A stretch of 64,000 nucleotides of DNA from Minisyncoccota bacterium (GTDB lineage: Bacteria > Patescibacteriota > Microgenomatia > UBA1400 > UBA12028), in assembly GCA_016211945.1 (NCBI GenBank), contig JACRHV010000011.1, forward strand, positions 787 to 64,786. The letters run 5' to 3'. The position numbers and the translations under genes are program-made. Positions 18,083-27,057 of the stretch are shown here, piece by piece. The first letter of the stretch is position 1. Each line of letters opens with the position of its first letter. Below the pieces are notes generated by a model that searched no databases, was not told the origin of the DNA, and was given only the letters and a program-made list of their open reading frames with translations.

Positions 18083-18482
18083 GAAGTGCTCCTGGAAGGT
18101 TGTGATTTTTTGGAATAAAACGTATCGATAACGAGTTTACACAATGTCGAGTATCTGTGTTCGTCATGTGTTCTCCTGTAAAAATATGGCCGAGGTAGGC
18201 GTGGCAGTTCGCGCACACAATTTCTGTTCTGTTCCCTCGACTATCGTGAAGTCTTTGTACAGCGTTTGGATAGTTTTCATCAAAAGCTGGCCATCCGCAT
18301 CCCGCATCAAACTTGCTTTTTGAGGAAAACAGCGGAGCATTACACCTCCTGCAAATGAAGGTTCCTTCTTCGTAAAAACTATCATACTCACCGGAGAATG
18401 GAGCTTCCGTTCCTCTCTCCTCAATCACATGTTTTTCTTCTGGGGTTAATGTGTTATAAACCATTGTTTTTTTATAACACAT
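18075..18482 (-). CDS. msrB: Peptide methionine-R-sulfoxide reductase MsrB
   Basis: FICRRCNAPLF...AGCGWPAF...RTEIVCANCHAYLGHIF (zinc CxxC pairs and the RxxxxC catalytic motif); overlaps msrA by 8 nt. Confidence 0.9.
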   Translation of the reverse strand: MCYKKTMVYNTLTPEEKHVIEERGTEAPFSGEYDSFYEEGTFICRRCNAPLFSSKSKFDAGCGWPAFDENYPNAVQRLHDSRGNRTEIVCANCHAYLGHIFTGEHMTNTDTRHCVNSLSIRFIPKNHNLPGALHV

Positions 18483-18618
18483 TGAAGTATCTCTGTCACT
18501 TTTTGGAGCTGGAGACGGTACTGAGCTCGAACCTGCGCCATCTTATTACTCCTGAACTGATTTTTACAATTCAATGTCCTAAAAAATTGGTTAGGTATTC
18601 AAAGATTTAATAAATACC

Positions 18619-19341
18619 TCATTTTTTAGTTGTTTTCGCATTAGCCATACCAATGATTTCTGCAAGTTGAAGGTCTGTTTCATATTTTTGGATGTACCAT
18701 TTCTCAATAAGGAATTCAATCAACCAAATAAGTTTGCTGGCCTCCTCTGGTTCAACATCAATAATGAGATTAATATCTTCCTCCATATGTGCCCCGATAT
18801 TTCCCACCTTTCTTACAGCATCAATAGCAGACCAAACTCCCAACCCTAAATCAGGCTTGCTCTTTATGGCTTGAATTTCATTCCATAGTGTCCATTTTCC
18901 TTTGTGATCTTCAGGTTTTTTAATTCCCCAAAAATGACGAATCATTCCTTGGAGTGCTCTACGAGAAAGTGTGGCTGAAGCTTTTGGACTCAAATTCATG
19001 ATTTTGCACGCCTCCTCATAATCATTAATGATTACTTGAGGAACAATATCGGGTGAAAAAACTTTAGCGGATGAATCAGGAATTAGGTTCCACTCGTTTA
19101 ATAATTCGTTTGTTGCATATCCGTACGCGTTTGGTTTCTGCTTGAGAGTGTATAACGATGCTATTAAAGTCAATTGGTTGCATTCGGTATTTGGACAAAT
19201 AATATAATTAACAATTAATCCTAATTTCCCTTTTTTACTTGGAATAGTACAGTCCACTCTTTCAGCTGTTTCGTTGGTAGAAACAATGGTAGTTGGTAGT
19301 TTACAAAATGGACAAGTCCAGGCGTAACTCATACACGTCAC
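18619..19341 (-). CDS. Zn-ribbon + DUF4145-like domain protein (a possible HEPN-related, defence/abortive-infection-associated family)
   Basis: N-terminal CPFC...CPNTEC Cys pairs; C-terminal ATLSRRALQGMIRHFWG...AIDAVRKVGNIGAHMEE resembles the DUF4145 signature (R..LE...R..GN.aaH). Confidence 0.45.
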   Translation of the reverse strand: MTCMSYAWTCPFCKLPTTIVSTNETAERVDCTIPSKKGKLGLIVNYIICPNTECNQLTLIASLYTLKQKPNAYGYATNELLNEWNLIPDSSAKVFSPDIVPQVIINDYEEACKIMNLSPKASATLSRRALQGMIRHFWGIKKPEDHKGKWTLWNEIQAIKSKPDLGLGVWSAIDAVRKVGNIGAHMEEDINLIIDVEPEEASKLIWLIEFLIEKWYIQKYETDLQLAEIIGMANAKTTKK

Positions 19342-19403
19342 TATACACCTTTCTATTTTATTTATCCAACGAATTATGAGAGAATCTGCTTCTCATTTAA
19401 ACT

Positions 19404-19598
19404 ATGAAGAAAATTCAACCACTCCTATCTGAACCTCGAATTACTAAAGAAGAATTGGAAAAATTCAAAGAAATTATTCTCAAAGATTATGGAAAAGAAC
19501 TATCTGATCCTGAGGCAACTGAACAGGCGACAGCACTCCTAAATTTCTTTGACTATTTTATTGATAAGAGACACAAAGAAAAAACCTTATCTAGATAA
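19404..19598 (+). CDS. Hypothetical small protein
   Basis: 64-aa ORF between two minus-strand genes. Confidence 0.2.
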   Translation: MKKIQPLLSEPRITKEELEKFKEIILKDYGKELSDPEATEQATALLNFFDYFIDKRHKEKTLSR

Positions 19599-19618
19599 AG
19601 TGCTTTATTGAATAGTTT

Positions 19619-20455
19619 TTACGCGAAAGGGTTTTTTGGAGTGAAGTCTGCACTTCCAATACTTTTTAGTAAATTTTTGTAACCTTCAGCTGGGTAAATG
19701 CAACCTAAAAAGTGCATATCTTGATCTATTTTGTTTGTCTGATCAAACCCACCTATAAATGAAAACTTAGGTTTCCCAATATCGTCCATCTTCGGTATTG
19801 CTTGGCACGATAGCAGCATTGCAAAATCAGCCAAAGGAGATTTCTCTTGTGGACTTATAACAAAACCTGTTTCTTTTAGTGTTCCGTCAGGTTCTCTAAA
19901 TGCAAAATGCGGTTGTTTGGGAATATCCTCGTTTATCTTTCCTTTGAGATCTGTTGCTTTGAACCACCAACCAACAAATTTTACAGCTTCTGGTGATCCG
20001 TCCTTAAATTCAAAGTCCAAATCAATTCTTTTATCACCGAATTTTTTATTTCCATCTCGCAGTTCAAATTCTTCAATACCCTGCATTTGTATTGTAAACA
20101 TATGTCCGTGACTCACATCAAGTCTTCTAGATTGGTTTTTGATTGAAGTAATTATTTTTCCGTCACCTGAAAAATGTGCGACTCCATCCATCGGATGACT
20201 ATACTTGACTAGATGACTCGTTACCTTTCCCTCAGGTAATAAAGAAATGCTAAGAGTACTAAGCTTTTGTGCTGGAAAAGTTAATCGACTCAATAGTCCT
20301 TTGGAGTCAGAGAAATAAGGGAATGTAACCAAATTATGAGTCTTGCCACTTGTTTTTCCAGTATGGAATACAATTTGAAATATCTTGTGAATTCTATCGT
20401 TAATTTTGAGTGAAACTGCAAATCTTTCACTCCTTATGGTAGGTAGCTTTGACAT
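19619..20455 (-). CDS. Hypothetical protein, no recognisable domain
   Basis: Long clean ORF adjacent to the DUF4145 gene and to tRNA-Gly. Confidence 0.4.
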   Translation of the reverse strand: MSKLPTIRSERFAVSLKINDRIHKIFQIVFHTGKTSGKTHNLVTFPYFSDSKGLLSRLTFPAQKLSTLSISLLPEGKVTSHLVKYSHPMDGVAHFSGDGKIITSIKNQSRRLDVSHGHMFTIQMQGIEEFELRDGNKKFGDKRIDLDFEFKDGSPEAVKFVGWWFKATDLKGKINEDIPKQPHFAFREPDGTLKETGFVISPQEKSPLADFAMLLSCQAIPKMDDIGKPKFSFIGGFDQTNKIDQDMHFLGCIYPAEGYKNLLKSIGSADFTPKNPFA

Positions 20456-20617
20456 AGTCGTATTTTACTCTTTGATAAGTCATCAACAATGAGTTCGACT
20501 CCCATCTCCGGTATTTTTATTTCCAGGCTAAGCTATAAAAACAAAAAAACCTGGATCGTACCAGGCTTTAGATTGATTTTCAGACTTAATTTGAGCAAAC
20601 TTTATTTTAGTACCGTT

Positions 20618-20691
20618 TGGAGCGGGTGAAGGGAATCGGACCCTCGTATTCTGCTTGGAAGGCAGACGCTCTGCCACTGAGCTACACCCGC
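20618..20691 (-). tRNA. tRNA-Gly (anticodon TCC), CCA encoded
   Basis: Reverse complement gcgggtgtagctcagtggcagagcgtctgccttccaagcaga...cacccgctcca; anticodon loop ctTCCaa. Confidence 0.8.
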
Positions 20692-20707
20692 AAAAGGTTC
20701 TCGGGTA

Positions 20708-20917
20708 TTGTACCAAAAGATATATAATGTTTCATATCAAACCATGAAAGAAGAATCTTCACTAAAAAAGGCGGGGCAGGAATTCGAGAACAGATATTGC
20801 GTATGTTCCAGATGTGGAACTACTCACATCGTTACAATAGAAAAAAGAACTTTCTCCGGCCCCTCCAACCTTGAGTGTCCAAAATGCCACGTCATCACTC
20901 CTCACCAGCTCAATTAA
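20708..20917 (+). CDS. Small zinc-ribbon protein
   Basis: CSRCGTT...CPKCH forms two CxxC pairs in 69 aa. Confidence 0.35.
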   Translation: MYQKIYNVSYQTMKEESSLKKAGQEFENRYCVCSRCGTTHIVTIEKRTFSGPSNLECPKCHVITPHQLN

Positions 20918-20936
20918 ATGGTACAATCTGCACGCT

Positions 20937-22352
20937 ATGCACACAGGGAAAAAAACAAAAATTGTCGCTACACTGGGTCCAGTATCCGATAGTCCGGAAA
21001 AAATTCATGCCCTCATCCAAGCAGGCGTGAATATCTTCCGATTTAACATGAAACACGCGGACATCGCGTGGCACAATGAACGCATTCTTCGCGTGCAAAA
21101 CATTGCGGATTCACTCGGAGTATCTATTGGAATTTTGATTGATCTCCAAGGCCCGGAGATTCGCATAGAAACGACCAACGCCGCAGATATTTCACTGAAA
21201 AAAGGAGCACATATTGTATTTGCGCACGAGTTTCGCGGAACAGAACCTCTCGTTCGCATTCCACAACAACTGGTGTTTGATGTGCTCAATACTGGTGACG
21301 AATTTTCAATTGATGATGGATTTTTGGAGTTTCGTGTGATTGAAAAACAGGATAACGCATTTGTGGCAGAAGCACTGGATGATTGTGTGATTAAACATCG
21401 TAAGGGAATGAACATTCCTGGCAAAGATATTGATCTCCCATCGCTCATTGACGACGATTTGAAAAAACTTGATATGGCGGCAAAAACAAAAGTTGATTTT
21501 GTTGCGTTGTCATTTAGCAGGACAAAAGAAGACATAGAGATTCTTCGCGAGGAAATGAAGAAGCGCAACGTCAACGCGCATGTGGTCGCAAAAATTGAGA
21601 GCCAGCAAGCCCTGGATCATCTGGATGATTTAATCGAGGCATCGGACGCCATTATGGTTGCGCGTGGCGACCTTGGTATAGAAGTCCCCATAGAAGAGCT
21701 CGCGTATTGGCAAAAACTGATTATCACTAAATGCCGCATAGCAAGAAAACCGGTGATCACCGCAACACAAATGTTGCAGTCCATGATCGATAATCCCCGC
21801 CCAACTCGGGCAGAAGCCACCGATGTCGCAAACGCGGTATTTGACGGTACGGATGCTGTCATGCTATCCGGTGAGTCAGCTAGCGGACGTTTTCCTGTAA
21901 AAGCTGTTTCTGCTATGGCACGAATCGCAAAATTTAATGAGGACAAGACCTCCGTTCCGCATATTCGCATTGAACAAGATGGAACCACGGAGCTTGTGGT
22001 GGATGCCGCGGTCGCAATGTTAGAAAAACACCAAAACATCACGATTGACGCTGTTATTGTGTTTACGGAAACTGGCCACACCGCACGGGCAATCTCAAGT
22101 TTCCGTCCAAAAGTTCCGATTATCGCAGTCACCGACCACCAAAAAACAGTAGAAACGCTCACGCTATCATATGGCGTGATAAGCGTGTTTGCAGAGTTTC
22201 CATCAGGCTCATTTGAATCGGCTGAGGGTATGCTCCATCAATTAAAAAAGTCACAACATATTCGCGAAGGGCAAACGGTGCTCATTATTCACGGTGTGCA
22301 TTGGAAACAGCCCGGCCTCACAAACTCACTTTCAATTGTAAAAGTGGCATAA
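20937..22352 (+). CDS. pyk: Pyruvate kinase
   Basis: TKIVATLGPVSDSPE...VNIFRFNMKHAD and MVARGDLGIEVP are typical PK motifs; start placed at the in-frame ATG at 20937 because the upstream extension has no homology. Confidence 0.9.
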   Translation: MHTGKKTKIVATLGPVSDSPEKIHALIQAGVNIFRFNMKHADIAWHNERILRVQNIADSLGVSIGILIDLQGPEIRIETTNAADISLKKGAHIVFAHEFRGTEPLVRIPQQLVFDVLNTGDEFSIDDGFLEFRVIEKQDNAFVAEALDDCVIKHRKGMNIPGKDIDLPSLIDDDLKKLDMAAKTKVDFVALSFSRTKEDIEILREEMKKRNVNAHVVAKIESQQALDHLDDLIEASDAIMVARGDLGIEVPIEELAYWQKLIITKCRIARKPVITATQMLQSMIDNPRPTRAEATDVANAVFDGTDAVMLSGESASGRFPVKAVSAMARIAKFNEDKTSVPHIRIEQDGTTELVVDAAVAMLEKHQNITIDAVIVFTETGHTARAISSFRPKVPIIAVTDHQKTVETLTLSYGVISVFAEFPSGSFESAEGMLHQLKKSQHIREGQTVLIIHGVHWKQPGLTNSLSIVKVA

Positions 22353-22353
22353 G

Positions 22354-23745
22354 TTATCTCACCATCTGTACAAGACTGTAAAAACCAAAACCCGCATAAA
22401 AACAAGCGGCAATACCTAAAATGATGCGACGCCACAACGACGTCCTCAACTCAAATTTCAGCACTGTCGTATTTATCCACACCGTCATGATGACGTGCAC
22501 AAACATCGCGATTGCGTTGAGTACCGCAGCAAAGGTGATAAGCATGAGCGGTTCGCGAAACCCCAAAAAGAAAACAATAATACCTGCGATGATTTGCAAC
22601 CATAACACAAGGTAATAGAGCGGTCGAAGATACGATCCTTTTTGTAGTCCCGGAATACCAAGTAATAACGTGTTTTCTGCTAATATTCTGCTTGATGCGT
22701 CAAAAATGGTGAGCTGCGTACCAAATAACGTTAATCCTGCAATAAGTAAAAAGAGTCCGCCAAACATCGGCATTGTTCGTTGCCCAATAACAACTGCTTC
22801 CTCTATAACAAACTGGATTCCTTGTGAAACAGGCGCTCCATACTGTGTGATATATGCAAGCAAGGATAAGCAAAGAATAGTGACTGCCCCCGTAAGCCAA
22901 AACACCAGCCAATGTTCCGTGTTTATAGTGGTCCACCATGCGCGGAAACGACGAAGTTGTGCGGGAGTATGTTCAAACGTGGATCCTGTTAATGACAAAG
23001 CTTCACTTTTGCCGAGAAGTATACTCGTAATTCTTCCAGCGTACTTTCCCATTCCATACCCTTTTTCTTTCACATAATACGACTGTGCGAGATTAAGATT
23101 TCCCCCCGCGCCAGAATAGGCAAAGGCTGCTAAAAATGATGCGATTGAAATTCCCGCAGGTAAGAATTGATATCCATTGCCAAAACCCACAATGCCGCGA
23201 ATGAGATCCATCCAATGGGAAGCGTGTGCAAGATATACAGATAATCCCACAACAGTGGGAATACTCACCATGATGAGTACCTTTTGAAATGTTTCTACTG
23301 TTTTGTACAGCACCGGACCGAATGTGAGTACGAGACCGATACATATCAACATGATGATCGCGACAACGCTACTGTCTTTCCATCCAAAAAGGGAAGAAAG
23401 AAGTACCGCCGACGCCGCAATAATACCCGGCCAAATCCACGGAACAAATGTTGAGAGAAGAAACCACAACGGCGACCACCAAAATTTTCTTTTGTATCCA
23501 ACAAAAACACTTTCTCCGTGTGCAAGCGCATATCGCTCAATCTCCATATTCATGAAAAATTGAAAGGTGAGCCCCAAAAGCGCGCCCCATATAATACCCA
23601 TACCGAATCGTGAAACTAAGTACGGCCAAAGAACAACCTCACCACTACCCAAACCAAGACCCAACAATATGACACTTGGACCAAAGACTTTAAGCAGAGA
23701 TGGAGCGGGCGGGAGTTCACGAATATTCAAGCGAGCAATAGGCAT
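22354..23745 (-). CDS. NRAMP-family (MntH-like) divalent metal transporter, divergent
   Basis: Polytopic membrane protein; FGPSVILLGLGLGSGEVVLWPYL sits where NRAMP has LGPGFL...DPGN, with GSGE in place of DPGN; start placed at the internal Met (MPIARL). Confidence 0.45.
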   Translation of the reverse strand: MPIARLNIRELPPAPSLLKVFGPSVILLGLGLGSGEVVLWPYLVSRFGMGIIWGALLGLTFQFFMNMEIERYALAHGESVFVGYKRKFWWSPLWFLLSTFVPWIWPGIIAASAVLLSSLFGWKDSSVVAIIMLICIGLVLTFGPVLYKTVETFQKVLIMVSIPTVVGLSVYLAHASHWMDLIRGIVGFGNGYQFLPAGISIASFLAAFAYSGAGGNLNLAQSYYVKEKGYGMGKYAGRITSILLGKSEALSLTGSTFEHTPAQLRRFRAWWTTINTEHWLVFWLTGAVTILCLSLLAYITQYGAPVSQGIQFVIEEAVVIGQRTMPMFGGLFLLIAGLTLFGTQLTIFDASSRILAENTLLLGIPGLQKGSYLRPLYYLVLWLQIIAGIIVFFLGFREPLMLITFAAVLNAIAMFVHVIMTVWINTTVLKFELRTSLWRRIILGIAACFYAGFGFYSLVQMVR

Positions 23746-23762
23746 GATACACTCATCGTAGC

Positions 23763-24260
23763 ATGAAAAAAACAGTGAACAAAGATTATTTTCGAAGTGC
23801 GTTGTTTGGTTCTGAGGACGCGTTAGTTTCCACAACGGGGACTGTTGTCGGAATCAGCGCGGGAACTTCAAATACATCATTTATCATTTTGGCTGCATTG
23901 GTCACGGTTATTGTTGAGGCACTCTCTATGGGAACCGGGGAGTATCTCACAGAAAAATCGGTCCATGAGCTCGATCGGTTCCGATGGTTGAAAAAGAGCA
24001 GGCCGTCTATGGGTGGTCTTGTTATGTTTTTTTCATATTTGGGTGCGGGACTTATTCCCGTTATCCCAATTATCATTCTTCCGTATCCTACGTCAGCAGT
24101 ATTGAGTACGTTTGCTGCATTTTTCGGTTTGTTTACATTGGGATACATAAAAGGGAGGGTTGTTGGAATAACGCCAATAAAAAGTGGATTTCAGGTGTTG
24201 TTGGTTGGAGGAATAGCGACCTTGGCTGGGTTGGTGGTGGGGATTATGTTGCGGAAGTAA
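23763..24260 (+). CDS. VIT1/CCC1-family iron/manganese transporter membrane domain
   Basis: RSALFGSEDALVSTTGTVVGISAG...VEALSMGTGEYLTEKS matches the VIT family signature (VfGanDGlvS...SMalGEY.S). Confidence 0.6.
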   Translation: MKKTVNKDYFRSALFGSEDALVSTTGTVVGISAGTSNTSFIILAALVTVIVEALSMGTGEYLTEKSVHELDRFRWLKKSRPSMGGLVMFFSYLGAGLIPVIPIIILPYPTSAVLSTFAAFFGLFTLGYIKGRVVGITPIKSGFQVLLVGGIATLAGLVVGIMLRK

Positions 24261-24293
24261 GAAAGTTTTTATTCGAAATAAAAAAGGAGCACT

Positions 24294-24572
24294 ATGTCGT
24301 GGCCAGATGTCCGTGAACGAATGTATGGTATTGATGAAATCGTTTCTGTTCTCAAAAACAAACTTCGAGTAGATGACGAATATATTGATCAAAAAATAAG
24401 AAGAATGGACATTGCTCCACTTGGGGATGCTGACAGAGCTCTTGTTTACTCAGCCATACGTCTTCTTCTTGATAGTGAAGTTCAAGGTGGTCAACTCGGT
24501 GAGTTTGCTCTTCATAATCCTCACACAATCATTATTTCAATAGAAATGATAGCGGAAAACCTAGATCCCTAA
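24294..24572 (+). CDS. Hypothetical small protein
   Basis: 92-aa ORF. Confidence 0.3.
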   Translation: MSWPDVRERMYGIDEIVSVLKNKLRVDDEYIDQKIRRMDIAPLGDADRALVYSAIRLLLDSEVQGGQLGEFALHNPHTIIISIEMIAENLDP

Positions 24573-24597
24573 TAATTTTTGGACATTTTCTGTAATG

Positions 24598-24670
24598 TCG
24601 GGGCGGAGAGACTCGAACTCTCGACCTCCCGCTCCCAAAGCGGGCACTCTACCAACTGAGCCACGCCCCG
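24598..24670 (-). tRNA. tRNA-Pro (anticodon TGG)
   Basis: Reverse complement cggggcgtggctcagttggtagagtgcccgctttgggagcggg...ttcgagtctctccgccccga; anticodon loop ttTGGga. Confidence 0.85.
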
Positions 24671-24723
24671 AATGTAGGCTATTGTAGCAAATCAGACGGA
24701 AAACACCGAGGGGAAAACTTGAG

Positions 24724-24807
24724 TGGGCGAAGAGGGACTCGAACCCTCACGATCTTGCAATCACAACTTTTTAAGAGTTGAGCGTCTACCAATTCCGCCA
24801 TTCGCCC
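24724..24807 (-). tRNA. tRNA-Leu (anticodon TAA), class II with a long variable arm
   Basis: Reverse complement gggcgaatggcggaattggtagacgctcaactcttaaaaagttg + long variable arm + gagggttcgagtccctcttcgccca. Confidence 0.8.
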
Positions 24808-25279
24808 CTTTATTTCTCCCTCTATGTGTGAGTTGTAAACTGTGGCAATTTGGACAAAGAATCCTTAAATTTTGAATTCTATTGTCATCATGACAACCAT
24901 TAATATGGTCCAACTCTAGTGGTAATCTACCATCTTCCGACATTTTTGACCAGCCACATATTTCGCACCATCGGTTCTTCAGTCCTTCTTTAAATAATCG
25001 ATGTTTTAATTGATACGACTGTATTATTGAGCCTTTTATAAGAAGAAGCTCTAGCGCTTTCGGTTTGTTCGGTTGGAATAATAACCCCCTATTCCATCCC
25101 ATACCTAAAAAATGATCTGTATTGAGATTTAATTCTCGAACGTATCGTTTAATGTGTTTGTAGTTTCCTCCTGCTTCTACAAGTCCTAAAGCAAAAAGAA
25201 CTTGCCTAATACTCCTTGAGTTTTTCACCGCAGAAACAAGCTGGGACGTTGTCCACCTTCTCTTTGTCATAGACAACAT
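24761..25279 (-). CDS. HNH homing-endonuclease-like protein; its 3' end runs ~45 nt into tRNA-Leu(TAA)
   Basis: ELDHINGCHDDNRIQNLRILCPNCH is the HNH motif; the N-terminal SQLVSAVKNSRSIRQVLFALGLVEAGGNYKHIKRYV...NTDHF is the common HNH-endonuclease N-terminal module; start placed at the internal Met. Confidence 0.65.
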   Translation of the reverse strand: MLSMTKRRWTTSQLVSAVKNSRSIRQVLFALGLVEAGGNYKHIKRYVRELNLNTDHFLGMGWNRGLLFQPNKPKALELLLIKGSIIQSYQLKHRLFKEGLKNRWCEICGWSKMSEDGRLPLELDHINGCHDDNRIQNLRILCPNCHSLQLTHRGRNKGANGGIGRRSTLKKL

Positions 25280-25305
25280 CTCATTATAGTAGAGTTTCTC
25301 TATTA

Positions 25306-26394
25306 TTACAACTGTTTTTGGAAAAATTGCACATCTCTTTCTACCACCTGTGACCATTTTCCTCGAGAAAAATTGTGATCCTCACCCTCATACACAAAGT
25401 AATTCACGCTATTTCCGTTTGCCTTTAGCTTCGCATATACATCATTTGACCAAGCAACCGGAACCAACGCATCTGCCGTCCCCTGATGAAGTTGGATTGG
25501 CGCACGAATGTCTTCCACATGTGATTGAATCGAGTAATCTTCGTCTTTATACCGCTCATGAAACAGATCAAGCTGTCCCCTCAAATACTCACCCTTATCC
25601 GGCAGTTCATCGACAAATTGCAGAATAGAATCCGGAAACTTTTGTGAGACCGGTGCCCAAAGGACCGTGGGATACGGACGTTTGCTGATTTCTAGTACAG
25701 ATAACACGATCTGCCCCCCATTGCTGTGCCCCCACAACCCCACCCGCCGGGTATCAACCTGCGGCAGACTCCCCAACGAGGCCAACAGATTCAGAACCGT
25801 CACCGGCTTTTCAAATCGAGCCTCCAACATATCCGCGGATTCACTCGCAGAGTTCCCGTATCCTAAAAAATCTGGTGCTATGGTCACATATCTGTGCTTT
25901 GCGTACACTTCTGCGGCGCGACGCGTCCCAACCCCCGGAACATAGATTTCTTTGTCCACATATCCGCGCACCATCACAAGAACGGGATGTTTTCCGCTTG
26001 TGCTGGGTATATGAACTTGGCCGGAAACCTTTTTTCCGTCACTGAAAAATGAAAAAAGGTACGTCGTAAAATCAGCAGTTTTCTCGGTCATTTTTTCCAA
26101 TTGAATGGGAGAAGATTGATACCTCCGTTGAGCCAAACGGTCAAATGTGTATTGGTCCAAGATGCGATGATACTCGGTGACTTGTAAATCTGGAGCTGCT
26201 GATCGCATGGGTGCATACAAGAAGCGATATCCGGCAAAAGTCAAAAAGACAATGCCTAAAATGAGACATAAGACGCTCGCTGACCGCGAATACGCACGAC
26301 GAGTCATGTTATCGTACATCCTGTATTGAACATGCGCGCAGTTCTTGTTCTGTCGCATGCCTCCACCTACCCACAGGCAATGCACCAAGTTCAA
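25306..26394 (-). CDS. Membrane-anchored alpha/beta hydrolase (prolyl-oligopeptidase/dienelactone-hydrolase-like)
   Basis: N-terminal TM anchor; VGLWGHSNGGQIV is the GxSxG nucleophile elbow. Confidence 0.55.
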   Translation of the reverse strand: MNLVHCLWVGGGMRQNKNCAHVQYRMYDNMTRRAYSRSASVLCLILGIVFLTFAGYRFLYAPMRSAAPDLQVTEYHRILDQYTFDRLAQRRYQSSPIQLEKMTEKTADFTTYLFSFFSDGKKVSGQVHIPSTSGKHPVLVMVRGYVDKEIYVPGVGTRRAAEVYAKHRYVTIAPDFLGYGNSASESADMLEARFEKPVTVLNLLASLGSLPQVDTRRVGLWGHSNGGQIVLSVLEISKRPYPTVLWAPVSQKFPDSILQFVDELPDKGEYLRGQLDLFHERYKDEDYSIQSHVEDIRAPIQLHQGTADALVPVAWSNDVYAKLKANGNSVNYFVYEGEDHNFSRGKWSQVVERDVQFFQKQL

Positions 26395-27037
26395 ATGGGC
26401 CCATTTTTACACGAATAAGGCGTAATACTTCGAGGTTGAGACTGCCGCACATGCGACGAATCTGCCGATTTTTTCCTTCGTGAATCGTAACAACAATCCA
26501 CGTGTTTCCGTGGTCGTGTTTGAGGGGAGAGACCTCCGCGGGAGCCGTCATGCCATCAGAAAGGTGCACTCCCGAACGCAATGCATTCAGAGCCGTATTC
26601 CCGGGGCTTCCGGCAATAAGGACATGATACGTTTTGGGCACAATGAACTTGGGATGTGTAAGTCTATAGGCGAGATCTCCATCATCTGTCATGAGTATTA
26701 GTCCTTCAGAATTGATATCGAGAAGGCCTACCGGGTATACACGAGTGCCACGTGGAACTAACGAGATCACAACGGGTTTTCCGTCTGGGTCGGATACCGA
26801 TGACACATAGTTGATCGGTTTGTGCACAACATAGTACAGATGTCGTTGTGTGGGAAGTTCAATGCGTTTTCCTTGCATTTCCACACGATCGTGGTCGGGA
26901 TCAATCCGTGTAGCCACATTTTTTACTACAGTTCCGTTCACACATACTTTCCCCTGCAAGATAAGTTCCTCGCTTGCTCTGCGAGAAGCAATGCCAGCGT
27001 GCGCCAAAAATGCATGGAGTTTTACTGATTGTCCCAT
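26309..27037 (-). CDS. RsuA/RluB-family pseudouridine synthase with an S4 domain
   Basis: N-terminal S4 region (LHAFLAHAGIASRRASEELI) followed by VYPVGLLDINSEGLILMTDDGDLAYRL (catalytic Asp in the xGRLD-like motif). Confidence 0.8.
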   Translation of the reverse strand: MGQSVKLHAFLAHAGIASRRASEELILQGKVCVNGTVVKNVATRIDPDHDRVEMQGKRIELPTQRHLYYVVHKPINYVSSVSDPDGKPVVISLVPRGTRVYPVGLLDINSEGLILMTDDGDLAYRLTHPKFIVPKTYHVLIAGSPGNTALNALRSGVHLSDGMTAPAEVSPLKHDHGNTWIVVTIHEGKNRQIRRMCGSLNLEVLRLIRVKMGPFELGALPVGRWRHATEQELRACSIQDVR

Positions 27038-27057
27038 AGTGGGGGTATTATAGTCCC

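Noticed and set aside
20528-20716. 62-aa minus-strand ORF containing SVAERLP
   Set aside because: Overlaps tRNA-Gly(TCC) and is its in-frame translation; not a gene.
20871-20936. N-terminal 22-codon extension of the pyruvate kinase ORF
   Set aside because: No homology to PK N-termini, and it overlaps the upstream zinc-ribbon gene; the canonical MHTGKKTKIVATLGP start at 20937 was used.
21005-22162. 189-aa and 181-aa minus-strand ORFs inside pyk
   Set aside because: Antisense shadow ORFs of pyruvate kinase.
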